Assembly (NCBI GenBank): GCA_937875265.1
Contig: CALLXM010000326.1
Span: forward strand, 1 to 57,988
Length of the DNA: 57,988 bases
Source of the DNA: an uncultured Acetobacter sp.
GTDB lineage: Bacteria; Pseudomonadota; Alphaproteobacteria; Acetobacterales; Acetobacteraceae
Direction: 5' to 3'
The notes under the pieces are model-generated. The model was not told the DNA's origin. It saw only the letters and a list, made by a program, of their open reading frames with translations, and searched no databases. The position numbers and the translations under genes were made by a program. Shown here one piece after another: positions 28,649-38,058 of the stretch (the first letter of the stretch is position 1; each line of letters begins with the position of its first letter).

Positions 28649-31003
28649 TTAAAATCCTGTACTAACAGATGCAACTGCGGCAAACCCACCACCAACATAA
28701 TAAGTTGGAGAACCTGATGCTGCAATTGTCGTGCCATTGACTCCAATCGTGGAGCGGGCATTAGTTTTTATGCCATATGCGCCTGATAAATAATGTTCAT
28801 TTCCAATATTCATCAAGTTAAGTTGAATCTGTGGGTGCTTGGCTGGCCCAATATCTTTATAACGATAGCCAATTGTTACATTCGCTGTTTCATAAGATGG
28901 CATTTTTTCGTCGTTCATGAGCGATGTATACTGATCCCCAACATATGTTAGAGCAAAATTTCCAAAATATGTTCCATCATCATAAGACAATCCTATGGAG
29001 CCGGTAAAGGTAGGCATCATAGTCGGCTTTTTGCCTTTAGTTGGAAGATAGTCTGTGCCCTGAAGTATGTTGTTATCAATAGTACCATGGAGGTATTGTG
29101 CGGAAACATATGGGCTAAAATGATGCCAAGGTCTCAAGCCTAGTTCACCCTGTACGCCTCGTGTTGTTTGTCCCCCAGCATTAATGGAGAATGTTTCAGG
29201 CGTTCCGTTGACAAGTGCACTTGTAGAAAGCTGCCTATTTGTGAAGTTGTAGTTAAAGAAAGCAACGGAAACATTGACAAGACCTGTATGACGATAACCC
29301 AATTCCTCAGAAATGGAGAATTCCGGGCTTAAATTTGTGTTATGTGTACTAGACATTTTTCCGGTCGAAACACTGTAAATATCAATATAAGAGTTAATGG
29401 AGGCAGGTTCTCGGAAGGCTGTTGTTCCATTAATATATATTTGGTCATGCGGCGTAATTTTATAGCTTGCTGAAACCTGTGGGAGCGGTTGAGCTGTATA
29501 TGCATTAACGTGCGCTGTTGTGCCAGGCAACTGGCTACTGGCGTTCCTTGCTATCATGACTTCTTTGAAGCCAGCATTAAGTAAAAGCTTATCATGCAGA
29601 AGGTGCAGAGTATCACTTATAAAAAGACCATTAGCCTGTTGAATAATATGCCCGCTAAAAGACCGTAATATTTGTCCATCTTGGGTGAGAACAGGTGTGT
29701 GTCCGAAAGAGTTTCCGACATTTCCGTTGGCATCGGCTTCGGCAAACGATGTCGCTTCATTATGGTCGAAGTAGTCGTACCATGCACCAAACTGTAAAGT
29801 GTTAATGCCCTTTTTCCATGTCAGGTAGGCATTTATGCCTGAACCAAACTGGGTGTAGGGGTCAACGTTCTCAACCGTAGCTTTGCCATTAACAACATTT
29901 TGTAAGTTAAGTTGACCAGCTGGTGTATTTCCCAAATAGGAGTTATTCTGACTGAGCGTTGAGCCACCGTTGATAATACCATGCCCATAATTAAAATATG
30001 GTGTGACTGAAAAAGTTAATCCTTTCGTAATATGGAGATTCGTAGGGGCCGCCATCATGACAGTTTGACGCTGATAGAAATGGAACCCCTGGTACATTGA
30101 ATCTCCAAAGGTATATTTTCCATCATAGTTATAGGAAATCCCGCTTTGCTTCCACTGGGCCATGGTCGGGTTAGTGAAAAGGTCCGCCTTAACCTGATTC
30201 CATGATAAGAAAGGAGCGATTTTGTTGCCATGCCCCCATTCTTTTAAGAAACGTGTATCGACGTGATATCGGTTCTGCCCCCCTGTGCCACGCCAGTTAT
30301 TATTAGATTCGTGTGAGAAAGACGTGTAGTTTTTGATTCCAGAATTCCCTAAGTATCCAGTATCAATACGCCCGAACTCTTTGTTCATAGATTTGGTGCC
30401 ACCAGCCAAATTAAGGAAGCCACCAAGATGGTCAGAAGGGTTTCTAAGGCCAGCATTAATCTGGCCGCCTACAGAGTTATAAACAGGGGCGCTAATGTCC
30501 GCTGAACCCTGCGCAACATTCACAAAGCCAAGATTTTCTGTGTCAGCCCATTCAGAGGTAAAGGGGCTGTAATAAATTCTATCACCAACAGGCATACCCT
30601 CAAACGTTGTTCCAAGTTCCGTCTGGTTCAACCCGCGAATGGAAACATTCATGCGGTCAGAGGTGCCCAGAGAATCAGCGCTGGATACAACAACACCTGG
30701 CATAGCCTTAAGAAGCGTCAAAGCATTGGCTGTGGGAGCTTGTTTGGCGATGAAGTCCTGAGTGACCCCACTGATTGCCTTAGCCGCTGTCTGGGGAGGC
30801 ATAAGCCCTCCACCGGGAGTTTTGCCCCTTACACCGTTTGCCGTTTTCAAGCCGCCGGCAGTTACCGTGACCAATTCCTGACTTTGAAGTGGACTCACAA
30901 GGTTTTGCGCATGCGCTTTATCTAAATATGTAAAAAAAGAAAACCCTGTTACACTGGCACAAAGAATTTTTTTAAGTGAGAGGCGTGTTCGCAGGTGTGC
31001 CAT
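28649..31003 (-). CDS. TonB-dependent receptor
   Basis: Signal peptide (AHA/Q), ELVTVTA TonB box, GGGLM, SIRGLNQTELG plug, C-terminal STGF. Confidence 0.92.
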   Translation of the reverse strand: MAHLRTRLSLKKILCASVTGFSFFTYLDKAHAQNLVSPLQSQELVTVTAGGLKTANGVRGKTPGGGLMPPQTAAKAISGVTQDFIAKQAPTANALTLLKAMPGVVVSSADSLGTSDRMNVSIRGLNQTELGTTFEGMPVGDRIYYSPFTSEWADTENLGFVNVAQGSADISAPVYNSVGGQINAGLRNPSDHLGGFLNLAGGTKSMNKEFGRIDTGYLGNSGIKNYTSFSHESNNNWRGTGGQNRYHVDTRFLKEWGHGNKIAPFLSWNQVKADLFTNPTMAQWKQSGISYNYDGKYTFGDSMYQGFHFYQRQTVMMAAPTNLHITKGLTFSVTPYFNYGHGIINGGSTLSQNNSYLGNTPAGQLNLQNVVNGKATVENVDPYTQFGSGINAYLTWKKGINTLQFGAWYDYFDHNEATSFAEADANGNVGNSFGHTPVLTQDGQILRSFSGHIIQQANGLFISDTLHLLHDKLLLNAGFKEVMIARNASSQLPGTTAHVNAYTAQPLPQVSASYKITPHDQIYINGTTAFREPASINSYIDIYSVSTGKMSSTHNTNLSPEFSISEELGYRHTGLVNVSVAFFNYNFTNRQLSTSALVNGTPETFSINAGGQTTRGVQGELGLRPWHHFSPYVSAQYLHGTIDNNILQGTDYLPTKGKKPTMMPTFTGSIGLSYDDGTYFGNFALTYVGDQYTSLMNDEKMPSYETANVTIGYRYKDIGPAKHPQIQLNLMNIGNEHYLSGAYGIKTNARSTIGVNGTTIAASGSPTYYVGGGFAAVASVSTGF

Positions 31004-31385
31004 GATATTTTCCTATGATGGATGGGGACTATCGCCTCCGAAGATCATTCCATATTTTTTTTCGTTACGGTATAATAATGTCTATTATTTATATGTGGTA
31101 TCATTTACCGCACGTTATAGATAAAAAGTTATATTAATTTGTTTTTATTTAAGGCAAGAAGGTGAAGCCAATTATCAGAAGGTCTCTTGGTCCATTCTGA
31201 AATTTGATTTAATGGGAGCCTTCGTGATGCAATGCTGTGGAGTTGGAAGGCGCGAGCAAGGCCGACAGATTATCGCTGTAACAGCCCAAATGGATCTGCC
31301 TATCCACATACTTGTTCTACTGGGGATACGGTGGTGATGCTTGCTTGCGTAGCTTGTTGACGCATAGTGTTTGTCTACGACAAAT

Positions 31386-31424
31386 CCGTAGCATTTTTTG
31401 CGCAAGCGGCTGAAAATGCTACGG
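31386..31424. terminator. Long intergenic hairpin (terminator or repeat-type element)
   Basis: CCGTAGCATTTT / AAAATGCTACGG 12-bp perfect arms capped by GC-GCAA-GC. No clear U tract. Confidence 0.45.
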
Positions 31425-31503
31425 GGTCTAGCTGGGTAAGATGACTTTTACTCTCGTAAATCAATAAAATAACGAGTTTTATTTTTATAGAAAGAGAAAT
31501 GAA

Positions 31504-32910
31504 TTAGGGTATAGTTTTTCCAGGATTAAGAAGGTTTTTTGGATCAAGAGCACTTTTAATAGAACGCATTACTTCTAGAGCGACAGGGTTTTTATGTTTT
31601 TGCATTGAATCTAGTTTACAAAGACCGACGCCATGCTCTGCAGAAAAAGTACCTCCTAACTCCACGGCAAGATCATCAATGGCAGTACGTATTGCGCTAC
31701 AGAGTGCTTCATCAGTCTTGGATGGCCAGACGGTATAATGAATATTTCCATCACCTAAATGTGCTACTGCAATATCTGTATAATCAGGGTCAATGGCTTT
31801 CATGCGGAGTGGGATTAGATCTAGATAAACTGAAATTTTATCTAGAGGAACTGCGATATCTGTATCTACCACTGGGTGTTTGCAGAAAGCAACTTCAGCA
31901 GCAGCTTCTCTTATTTTCCATAAATTTTGTCTTTGTGTATCATTTTGCGCAATAACTGCATCCTGCACTATTTCTTCTTCTAAGGCATCAGACAGTACAT
32001 CCTGCAATATTTCAGAAATATCTTTTTGAGAAAAGGATGTTTCTAACTCTATTAGAATACAAGAAGGATAAGGTGAACAAAAAATTTCATTTTCATTAGG
32101 ATGAAGATCATAATAGCAACTTAAAAAATTAGCTGACATAAATTCGTAAGCAAGAAGCGACCCATTAGATGCATCTTGCAGCTTATTGAAGAGCAAGGGT
32201 ACTAGCTCGAGGGTATTAACTGTTACCATGGCCGTAGCGTAACACGTGGGGCGTGGATATAATTTCACAATGGCAGCAGTAATAATACCAATCTGCCCTT
32301 CCGCTCCAATAAAGAGATCTTTTAAATCCAAACCTGAATTATTTTTAGGTAAAGCCTGCATAAGGTCAAGAATGCGCCCATCAGGCATAACCACTTCCAA
32401 ACCAAGGCATAATTCTCTCGTATTGCCGTAGCGTATAACATTCGACCCTCCAGCGTTTGTGGATAACACGCCACCAATCTGAGCAGATCCTGTTGCACCA
32501 AAGGACAAGGGAAAAATAAGATCATTCTCCATTGCGGCCTTGTTAAGAGTATCGACTACGACGCCGGCTTCAACAACAGCAATACGTGCTTCCGTAGAGA
32601 TTTGTCTTACGCGGTTCATACGATCAAGCGAAATAATAAGAGAATTTACAGCGTGAGACCCGCCTGTCAGTCCTGTATTGCCTGATATCGGCACAACAGG
32701 GATGCCTGATGCGTAAGCAAGGGCAAGAACAGCTGAAATCTCTTGCGTGCTGCCCGGTCGCACAACCGCCAGGGGTATGTTGCGATATTGGCCCGTCCAG
32801 TCTGTCTGCCATTTTTCGGTATCAGGACCATAAAGCACATGTGCCGAACCAAGAAGAGAAGTGAGTTGAGTGAGGAATGAGATATTTGTCATGTGGTCCC
32901 GCTGTATCAT
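31504..32910 (-). CDS. FAD-binding oxidoreductase, D-2-hydroxyacid (D-2-hydroxyglutarate/D-lactate, GlcD-like) dehydrogenase
   Basis: SGNTGLTGG, QIGGVLSTNAGG, FIGAEGQIGII, HLGDGNIH, SAEHGVG, LLNPGK. Start may be 32892. Confidence 0.9.
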   Translation of the reverse strand: MIQRDHMTNISFLTQLTSLLGSAHVLYGPDTEKWQTDWTGQYRNIPLAVVRPGSTQEISAVLALAYASGIPVVPISGNTGLTGGSHAVNSLIISLDRMNRVRQISTEARIAVVEAGVVVDTLNKAAMENDLIFPLSFGATGSAQIGGVLSTNAGGSNVIRYGNTRELCLGLEVVMPDGRILDLMQALPKNNSGLDLKDLFIGAEGQIGIITAAIVKLYPRPTCYATAMVTVNTLELVPLLFNKLQDASNGSLLAYEFMSANFLSCYYDLHPNENEIFCSPYPSCILIELETSFSQKDISEILQDVLSDALEEEIVQDAVIAQNDTQRQNLWKIREAAAEVAFCKHPVVDTDIAVPLDKISVYLDLIPLRMKAIDPDYTDIAVAHLGDGNIHYTVWPSKTDEALCSAIRTAIDDLAVELGGTFSAEHGVGLCKLDSMQKHKNPVALEVMRSIKSALDPKNLLNPGKTIP

Positions 32911-33021
32911 GCCTAATTACGACATAAATCATGTGCCCAAATAGTTTCTCAGCAGAAACAGAGTGAATGCGTCAATAGTTTAATTTTGTAATTTTTAAAG
33001 GATATATCTTCAAGTGATAGG

Positions 33022-33044
33022 TTTGGTATTTTTATGATACTAAA
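33022..33044. promoter_or_regulatory. Imperfect palindrome / LysR-type box in a divergent promoter
   Basis: TTTGGTAT-N7-ATACTAAA (GTAT-N7-ATAC, contains T-N11-A). Confidence 0.35.
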
Positions 33045-33128
33045 GAGTTCATAAAATTCTGTCCTCGAAACGATATCGCGTTAGTGTCTTGGCAATATCC
33101 ACCAGATAATGACCGGATCGGACGCAGT

Positions 33129-35576
33129 ATGTTTGGTAGCCGAATAAATTTCTTGTTAGTTTCAACTGCCCTTACCGTTTCATGGGGAGGTCTGGCTTAT
33201 GCAGGACCAATAGCTTCAGACACACATAATAAAGCCTCTCCTGCATCAAAACATGAAATTGCTGCGAAACCTCTAGCCAGGAAGCTCAAGAAAGCGCGGG
33301 CAAACGGTGATGACGAAGTCGTTATTGTTACGGGAACACGAGAAAGTAACAGGAAAGCAAGAAATAGCATTGCTCCTATTGATGTCGTGACGGCAAAGCA
33401 GCTACAGCAAACGGGAGAGACAGATCCGTCTCGTGCTCTTACACGGTTAATGCCCTCAATTTCCATGAGTTCTTATGGGAATGATACTTCAGCATTTAAT
33501 TCCACCATCCGCATGCGTGGCCTTAATCCAAATGAGGTACTTATTCTGGTGGATGGACAGAGAAGGCACCAGACAAGTCTGATGAGTTATGATACGGGGC
33601 CCGAGCAGGGTGCCACTCCGACGGATATCGATACTATTCCTGCCGGTATGATTGATCATATTGAAGTTTTACGAGATGGTGCCGCAGCACAATATGGGTC
33701 TGATGCCATTGCAGGCGTTGTGAACATTATTCTTAAAAAAGATGCGCATAAAGGAAATGCTTATAGTCAGATCGGGCAGACTGAGCAGGGCGACGGTTTT
33801 GCCGTCACGGCTGGGTTCGATAAGGGATTTACTTGGGGGAATGATGGGTTTGTCCACATCAGTTACGACTATAAGCATCAGGACCACACAGTTAGAAGTG
33901 GTCCTGACAATAGAACTGGTGCCTATGATAATAAGGTTCTCGGCCAACCAGAATTAACTCGGCATTCTTTCGGTGCAACTTTTGGAAAAAATATTGTTGA
34001 TGATCATTTAGTATTTTTCGGGAATGCTACATATGCGCATAAACATGGTGAAAGCTACCAGAATTACCGTCTTCCAACCTCGTTACCAACAGTTTATCCT
34101 AACGGCTATACTCCCATTCAGACAGATAACGAGAATGATTATTCAGTAACCATTGGGTTTAAAGGCACTAAGCTGCTTGGGTTTGACTGGAAACTTTCTT
34201 CAACATGGGGCGAGGATATTGCTGATATCAGCAATAAGGATACGGCAAATCTTGCGTATTATGCAGATTATGGTTCTACGCCAACAAATTTTGATATTGC
34301 AGGATATCGTAGCACGCAGTGGACTAACAATTTTGATTTGCGGCGTTCAGTGGATGTAGGTCTGGCATTGCCAATAGTTTTTGCAGGCGGGGCTGAATAT
34401 CGTTACGAAAAATATGATATTTCATCTGGAAGCCCCTCATCTTATTACAAAAGTGGCTCTCAGGGGTTGGGGGGAATTATCCCCGCCATCGCAGGAGGTC
34501 ATAGTCGCAATGTGACTGCGGGGTATATCGATATTGATATTCACCCCATCAAAAAGCTGGATATTGATCTGGCAGGACGTACCGAACATTATACAGATGT
34601 TGGTGATACACAGACTGGAAAAATTGCCGCACGATATGACCTGTCGCGTCGCGTAGCTTTTCGGGCTGCTATTAGCAGTGGATTTCGGGCACCTACTCTT
34701 GCAGAAGAATATTTCAGCAATATTGTGACTGATGCAACCGGCGGAGCAAGTGGTCTTCTCGCAACTGGGTCAGCTGGTGCTCGTCAGATCGGTGCCAGCA
34801 AACTTAAACCGGAACGTTCAACCAATATTAGCGGTGGAATTGTTCTGGAACCAGTTGACCATTGGCATATTGCCGCAGATGTCTATCAGATCAATATTCG
34901 CGACCGTATTGTTGGTGGCGGCCGAGTTAATGGACAGCAGGCCATTGATGCAATCGAGACAAATGGTATACCGCTTCAGGCGGCTACACCCAGCGATGTT
35001 TCGGCTAATTACTTGACTAATGGTGCCAGTACTCGCACGCAGGGTCTTGATATTACTTCCGATTACACTTGGAGAACCCAGAAGTACGGTACGTTCCAGT
35101 TTAACCTGGCGCTTAATCTTAACCGTACGACCATTCACCACATGGCGCTTAATGCCTCCGGTGGGCCACAACTCAACGCGCAGTTAGCGACCTATCTGAC
35201 CAATGCTACGCCCAGAAGTAAGATCATATTAGGTATGAATTGGACGTATGGAAAATTTGATGTGATGCTCCGTGAAACCCGATTTGGAAGTCTGGCAGAA
35301 AATCTAACATTTTATGCTACTGGTCCTAATCAATACTCTACGTCAGTCTTTCAGCATTTTATTAATGCACCACGTTGGAATACTGATATTGAGCTGGGAT
35401 ATAAGCCTCTTACCTATTTACGTGTAGCGGTGGGCGCACGCAATGTGACCAATATCAAACCCAGCAAACTACCAGCTGAAAATAGTTATGTCGGCTCTTA
35501 TTGGTATTCTATACGTAATGGGCAAATGGGATTTAATGGAGGGTTCTACTACGCACGGGCTAACGTCACTTTTTAA
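33129..35576 (+). CDS. TonB-dependent receptor
   Basis: Signal peptide (LAYA/G), EVVIVTGTR, MRGLNPNEVLILVDGQR, IEVLRDGAAAQYGSDAIAGVVNIILK, C-terminal VTF. Confidence 0.95.
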   Translation: MFGSRINFLLVSTALTVSWGGLAYAGPIASDTHNKASPASKHEIAAKPLARKLKKARANGDDEVVIVTGTRESNRKARNSIAPIDVVTAKQLQQTGETDPSRALTRLMPSISMSSYGNDTSAFNSTIRMRGLNPNEVLILVDGQRRHQTSLMSYDTGPEQGATPTDIDTIPAGMIDHIEVLRDGAAAQYGSDAIAGVVNIILKKDAHKGNAYSQIGQTEQGDGFAVTAGFDKGFTWGNDGFVHISYDYKHQDHTVRSGPDNRTGAYDNKVLGQPELTRHSFGATFGKNIVDDHLVFFGNATYAHKHGESYQNYRLPTSLPTVYPNGYTPIQTDNENDYSVTIGFKGTKLLGFDWKLSSTWGEDIADISNKDTANLAYYADYGSTPTNFDIAGYRSTQWTNNFDLRRSVDVGLALPIVFAGGAEYRYEKYDISSGSPSSYYKSGSQGLGGIIPAIAGGHSRNVTAGYIDIDIHPIKKLDIDLAGRTEHYTDVGDTQTGKIAARYDLSRRVAFRAAISSGFRAPTLAEEYFSNIVTDATGGASGLLATGSAGARQIGASKLKPERSTNISGGIVLEPVDHWHIAADVYQINIRDRIVGGGRVNGQQAIDAIETNGIPLQAATPSDVSANYLTNGASTRTQGLDITSDYTWRTQKYGTFQFNLALNLNRTTIHHMALNASGGPQLNAQLATYLTNATPRSKIILGMNWTYGKFDVMLRETRFGSLAENLTFYATGPNQYSTSVFQHFINAPRWNTDIELGYKPLTYLRVAVGARNVTNIKPSKLPAENSYVGSYWYSIRNGQMGFNGGFYYARANVTF

Positions 35577-35590
35577 TTAGCTTGGGCGGC

Positions 35591-35625
35591 TCTGCCTGCT
35601 TTCCTGTAATAGGGCAGCAGGCAGA
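35591..35625. terminator. Probable bidirectional terminator between convergent genes
   Basis: TCTGCCTGCT / AGCAGGCAGA 10-bp arms plus inner wobble pairs, in a 54-bp gap. Confidence 0.7.
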
Positions 35626-35630
35626 ATAAC

Positions 35631-36533
35631 TTATTGTATAGTAAGGTCTATTTTTTTAAGAGCCAAACGACAAGCAGCAAGATCCCACGCAGCACAACCA
35701 ACACTTTTGAAAAAAATTGGCTGTGAGATTGGTTGTGTGTTCTCAAGAAAATCTGAAAGCTTTCTAACGTCTTTCCACTCTTTTTGAGCTTGAATAATGT
35801 CACCTGCCTCTTCCGGGGCGCCGACAAGATCATCCACAACACACAAGCTTTGGTTTACAACCTGATGGCCTATTTCAATCATGTCTGGCCGGTATGCGCC
35901 AACCCCAATCACAAGGGTATCAGGTGAAGGGATTTGGTCGTAGAGCACCTCTTTGCTGCTGGTGAGGGTAATTACAAGATCGTAGTGCTGTTCCTTGTTT
36001 TGTTCAGCAATCAAAGTCAGGTTCGGATATGGCCCTTCAACAATGGCTTTGACCCGCTCTGCGTTGCGACCACGAATGAAAACCGTCAGGCCTGAGTATA
36101 ATTCATTCAAGGCTTCAAGATGCACTTTGGCTTGTGCGCCCGTTCCAATAAGAAGAACGCTCTTTAGATTTTGTGGCTGAAAAATTTCAAGCGCTAGGAG
36201 GGATATCGCAGCTGTTCTACGTTCTGTTACGGTAATACCATCCAAAGCGAATAAAAAAGACCCGTCTGCGGCATCCAGGCAAGTGACTTGCCCCTGTAAA
36301 GTAGGTTTTTCTTTATTGCTCGCAAATATGGTGAGGAGCTTGTGTGCCATGATATTAGTGCTACACGCCACCATGGAAAGGATAACCCCCTTTTTTCCAA
36401 GTGTCGGTACAACCAGCCGTTCAGGGCACACAATATGACCTTGATCAAATTCTTTGGTGACTGAACGAAGGGTTTCTATCAATGGGCGGAAAGGCAGAAC
36501 CTGACGGGTCTCACTGGCAGAGAGTATGCGCAT
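35631..36533 (-). CDS. OCD/mu-crystallin family ketimine reductase (Delta1-pyrroline/piperideine-2-carboxylate reductase-like)
   Basis: ITVTERRTAAISLL, LIGTGAQA, GVGAYRPDMIE, FKSVGCAAWDLAA. Confidence 0.85.
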   Translation of the reverse strand: MRILSASETRQVLPFRPLIETLRSVTKEFDQGHIVCPERLVVPTLGKKGVILSMVACSTNIMAHKLLTIFASNKEKPTLQGQVTCLDAADGSFLFALDGITVTERRTAAISLLALEIFQPQNLKSVLLIGTGAQAKVHLEALNELYSGLTVFIRGRNAERVKAIVEGPYPNLTLIAEQNKEQHYDLVITLTSSKEVLYDQIPSPDTLVIGVGAYRPDMIEIGHQVVNQSLCVVDDLVGAPEEAGDIIQAQKEWKDVRKLSDFLENTQPISQPIFFKSVGCAAWDLAACRLALKKIDLTIQ

Positions 36534-36590
36534 AGGGTGCTTTCAGGCTCCGTGGGGAAGGCTGGCGGAGGCAGGACATTACCTTGGAAT

Positions 36591-36941
36591 TTAAGTAGCT
36601 TTAGCCACGAGCGTTATTTCGACCTTCCATTCCGGATTGGCCAGTTTTGCTTCTACAGTAGCACGGGCTGGTTTATTTTCTTTGTCCAGCCATGCATCCC
36701 ATGCTTTGTTCATGGCCTCAATATCCGTAGTATCAGATAAGAATATCTGGACAGAAAGAATATTGGATTTACTGCTGCCAGCGCGTGCCAAATGTAAATC
36801 AATCTGCGTCAGCACATTGGACGTCTGTTCTTCCGTGCTGAGGTTTGTGTCGGTTGTCACTTGTCCGGCGAGATAAACAAGGCCGTTATATATAACAGCA
36901 CCACTAAGACGTTCATGAGGATCTAAGCGAGTAATAGTCAC
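36591..36941 (-). CDS. RidA/YjgF family imine deaminase (YoaB-like)
   Basis: VYLAGQV, MNKAWDAW, PARATVEA with the catalytic Arg, KVEI. Confidence 0.92.
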   Translation of the reverse strand: MTITRLDPHERLSGAVIYNGLVYLAGQVTTDTNLSTEEQTSNVLTQIDLHLARAGSSKSNILSVQIFLSDTTDIEAMNKAWDAWLDKENKPARATVEAKLANPEWKVEITLVAKAT

Positions 36942-36968
36942 CTTATATTCCTTCTCGACAATAAAATT

Positions 36969-37844
36969 TCAAAAAATAATTACGGGAAGAGTCATAACTG
37001 CCTGCATGTAGGCGTCATAAAGAGCATCAAAAACAGGACCGGGTTTTCCGCTACCAACTGGCGTGCCATCCATTTCCACAACGGGAATAGCAATGGTCGA
37101 GGCGCTGGTATAAAAAACTTCAGCAGCGTCAAAAACTTCCTTGCGAGTAAAGGGGCGTTCAATCACATTCAATGCGCGTTGATGGGCAATTTGTAGAATG
37201 GTCTGCCGTGTGATCCCCGGCAAGGTCTCGTGCGAGAGAGCTCTGGTAACCAAATCTCCCGCTTGAGTAACAATGTATGCTGTAGATGATGCGCCCTCTG
37301 TAATCGTCTCTCCGCGCGTCATCCATGCTTCCGCAACACCTGCCTGGGAGGCTGCGTGTTTTGCCAAAACCTGCGCCAGAAGAGATGTCGACTTGATATC
37401 GCACCGTGCCCATCTAAGATCTGGTAGAGTTATGATACTCGCGCCAGTTTTGGTCAGTGGACTATATTGCACTGGAGAGAATTGTGGAAAAATGACGACT
37501 GTGGGTTCAAGTTTGTCAGCGTATTTGAAAGCACGCTCAGCTACTCCGCGGGTGACCTGAATATAGATCAAGCCATTTTGTAGCTTATTGCGGCGTACGA
37601 TTTCTTCTTCAAGCTGGGTCCATTTTTCAGCGGGGTAGGGATTGGTGATACCAATTTCGTTCAAAGACCGAGCCAGCCGTGTTAGGTGCGGTCCGTCATC
37701 TACCAACCGTCCTTCAATAACGGCGGTTACTTCGTATACGCCGTCACCAAAAAGGAAACCTCTGTCCATAACGGGAATGGTCGCATCGGCTAACGGGGTA
37801 AATGCTCCGCGTATATAACCAACGCGTGTTTCTTCTGTCGTCAT
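36969..37844 (-). CDS. dat: D-amino-acid aminotransferase (PLP class IV)
   Basis: DRGFLFGDGVYEV, YIQVTRG, RWARCDIKSTSLL (PLP Lys), TEGASS, LPGITR. ATG 37844 with GGAG RBS. Confidence 0.88.
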   Translation of the reverse strand: MTTEETRVGYIRGAFTPLADATIPVMDRGFLFGDGVYEVTAVIEGRLVDDGPHLTRLARSLNEIGITNPYPAEKWTQLEEEIVRRNKLQNGLIYIQVTRGVAERAFKYADKLEPTVVIFPQFSPVQYSPLTKTGASIITLPDLRWARCDIKSTSLLAQVLAKHAASQAGVAEAWMTRGETITEGASSTAYIVTQAGDLVTRALSHETLPGITRQTILQIAHQRALNVIERPFTRKEVFDAAEVFYTSASTIAIPVVEMDGTPVGSGKPGPVFDALYDAYMQAVMTLPVIIF

Positions 37845-38058
37845 GTTAACTCCGGTAAATTTGATGCCGGGCATCATTCTTGTTTGCGCATTAAGCATAA
37901 AAACAAAGCCTGCCTTTTGCACATTGTATATCCGGCTAACCTATTCATTAAAATGATACTCTGGGGTGTATTCCAATACGACATGGCAGGCTGAATGTTG
38001 CTAGAGTGTAAAGATTGACCAATCAGACCACTCTTCAGCAGCATGAGAGGATACGGCT

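Noticed and set aside
37984-38001. TGGCA...TTGCT as a sigma-54 promoter before pyrC
   Set aside because: The GG-to-GC spacing is not the required 10 nt.
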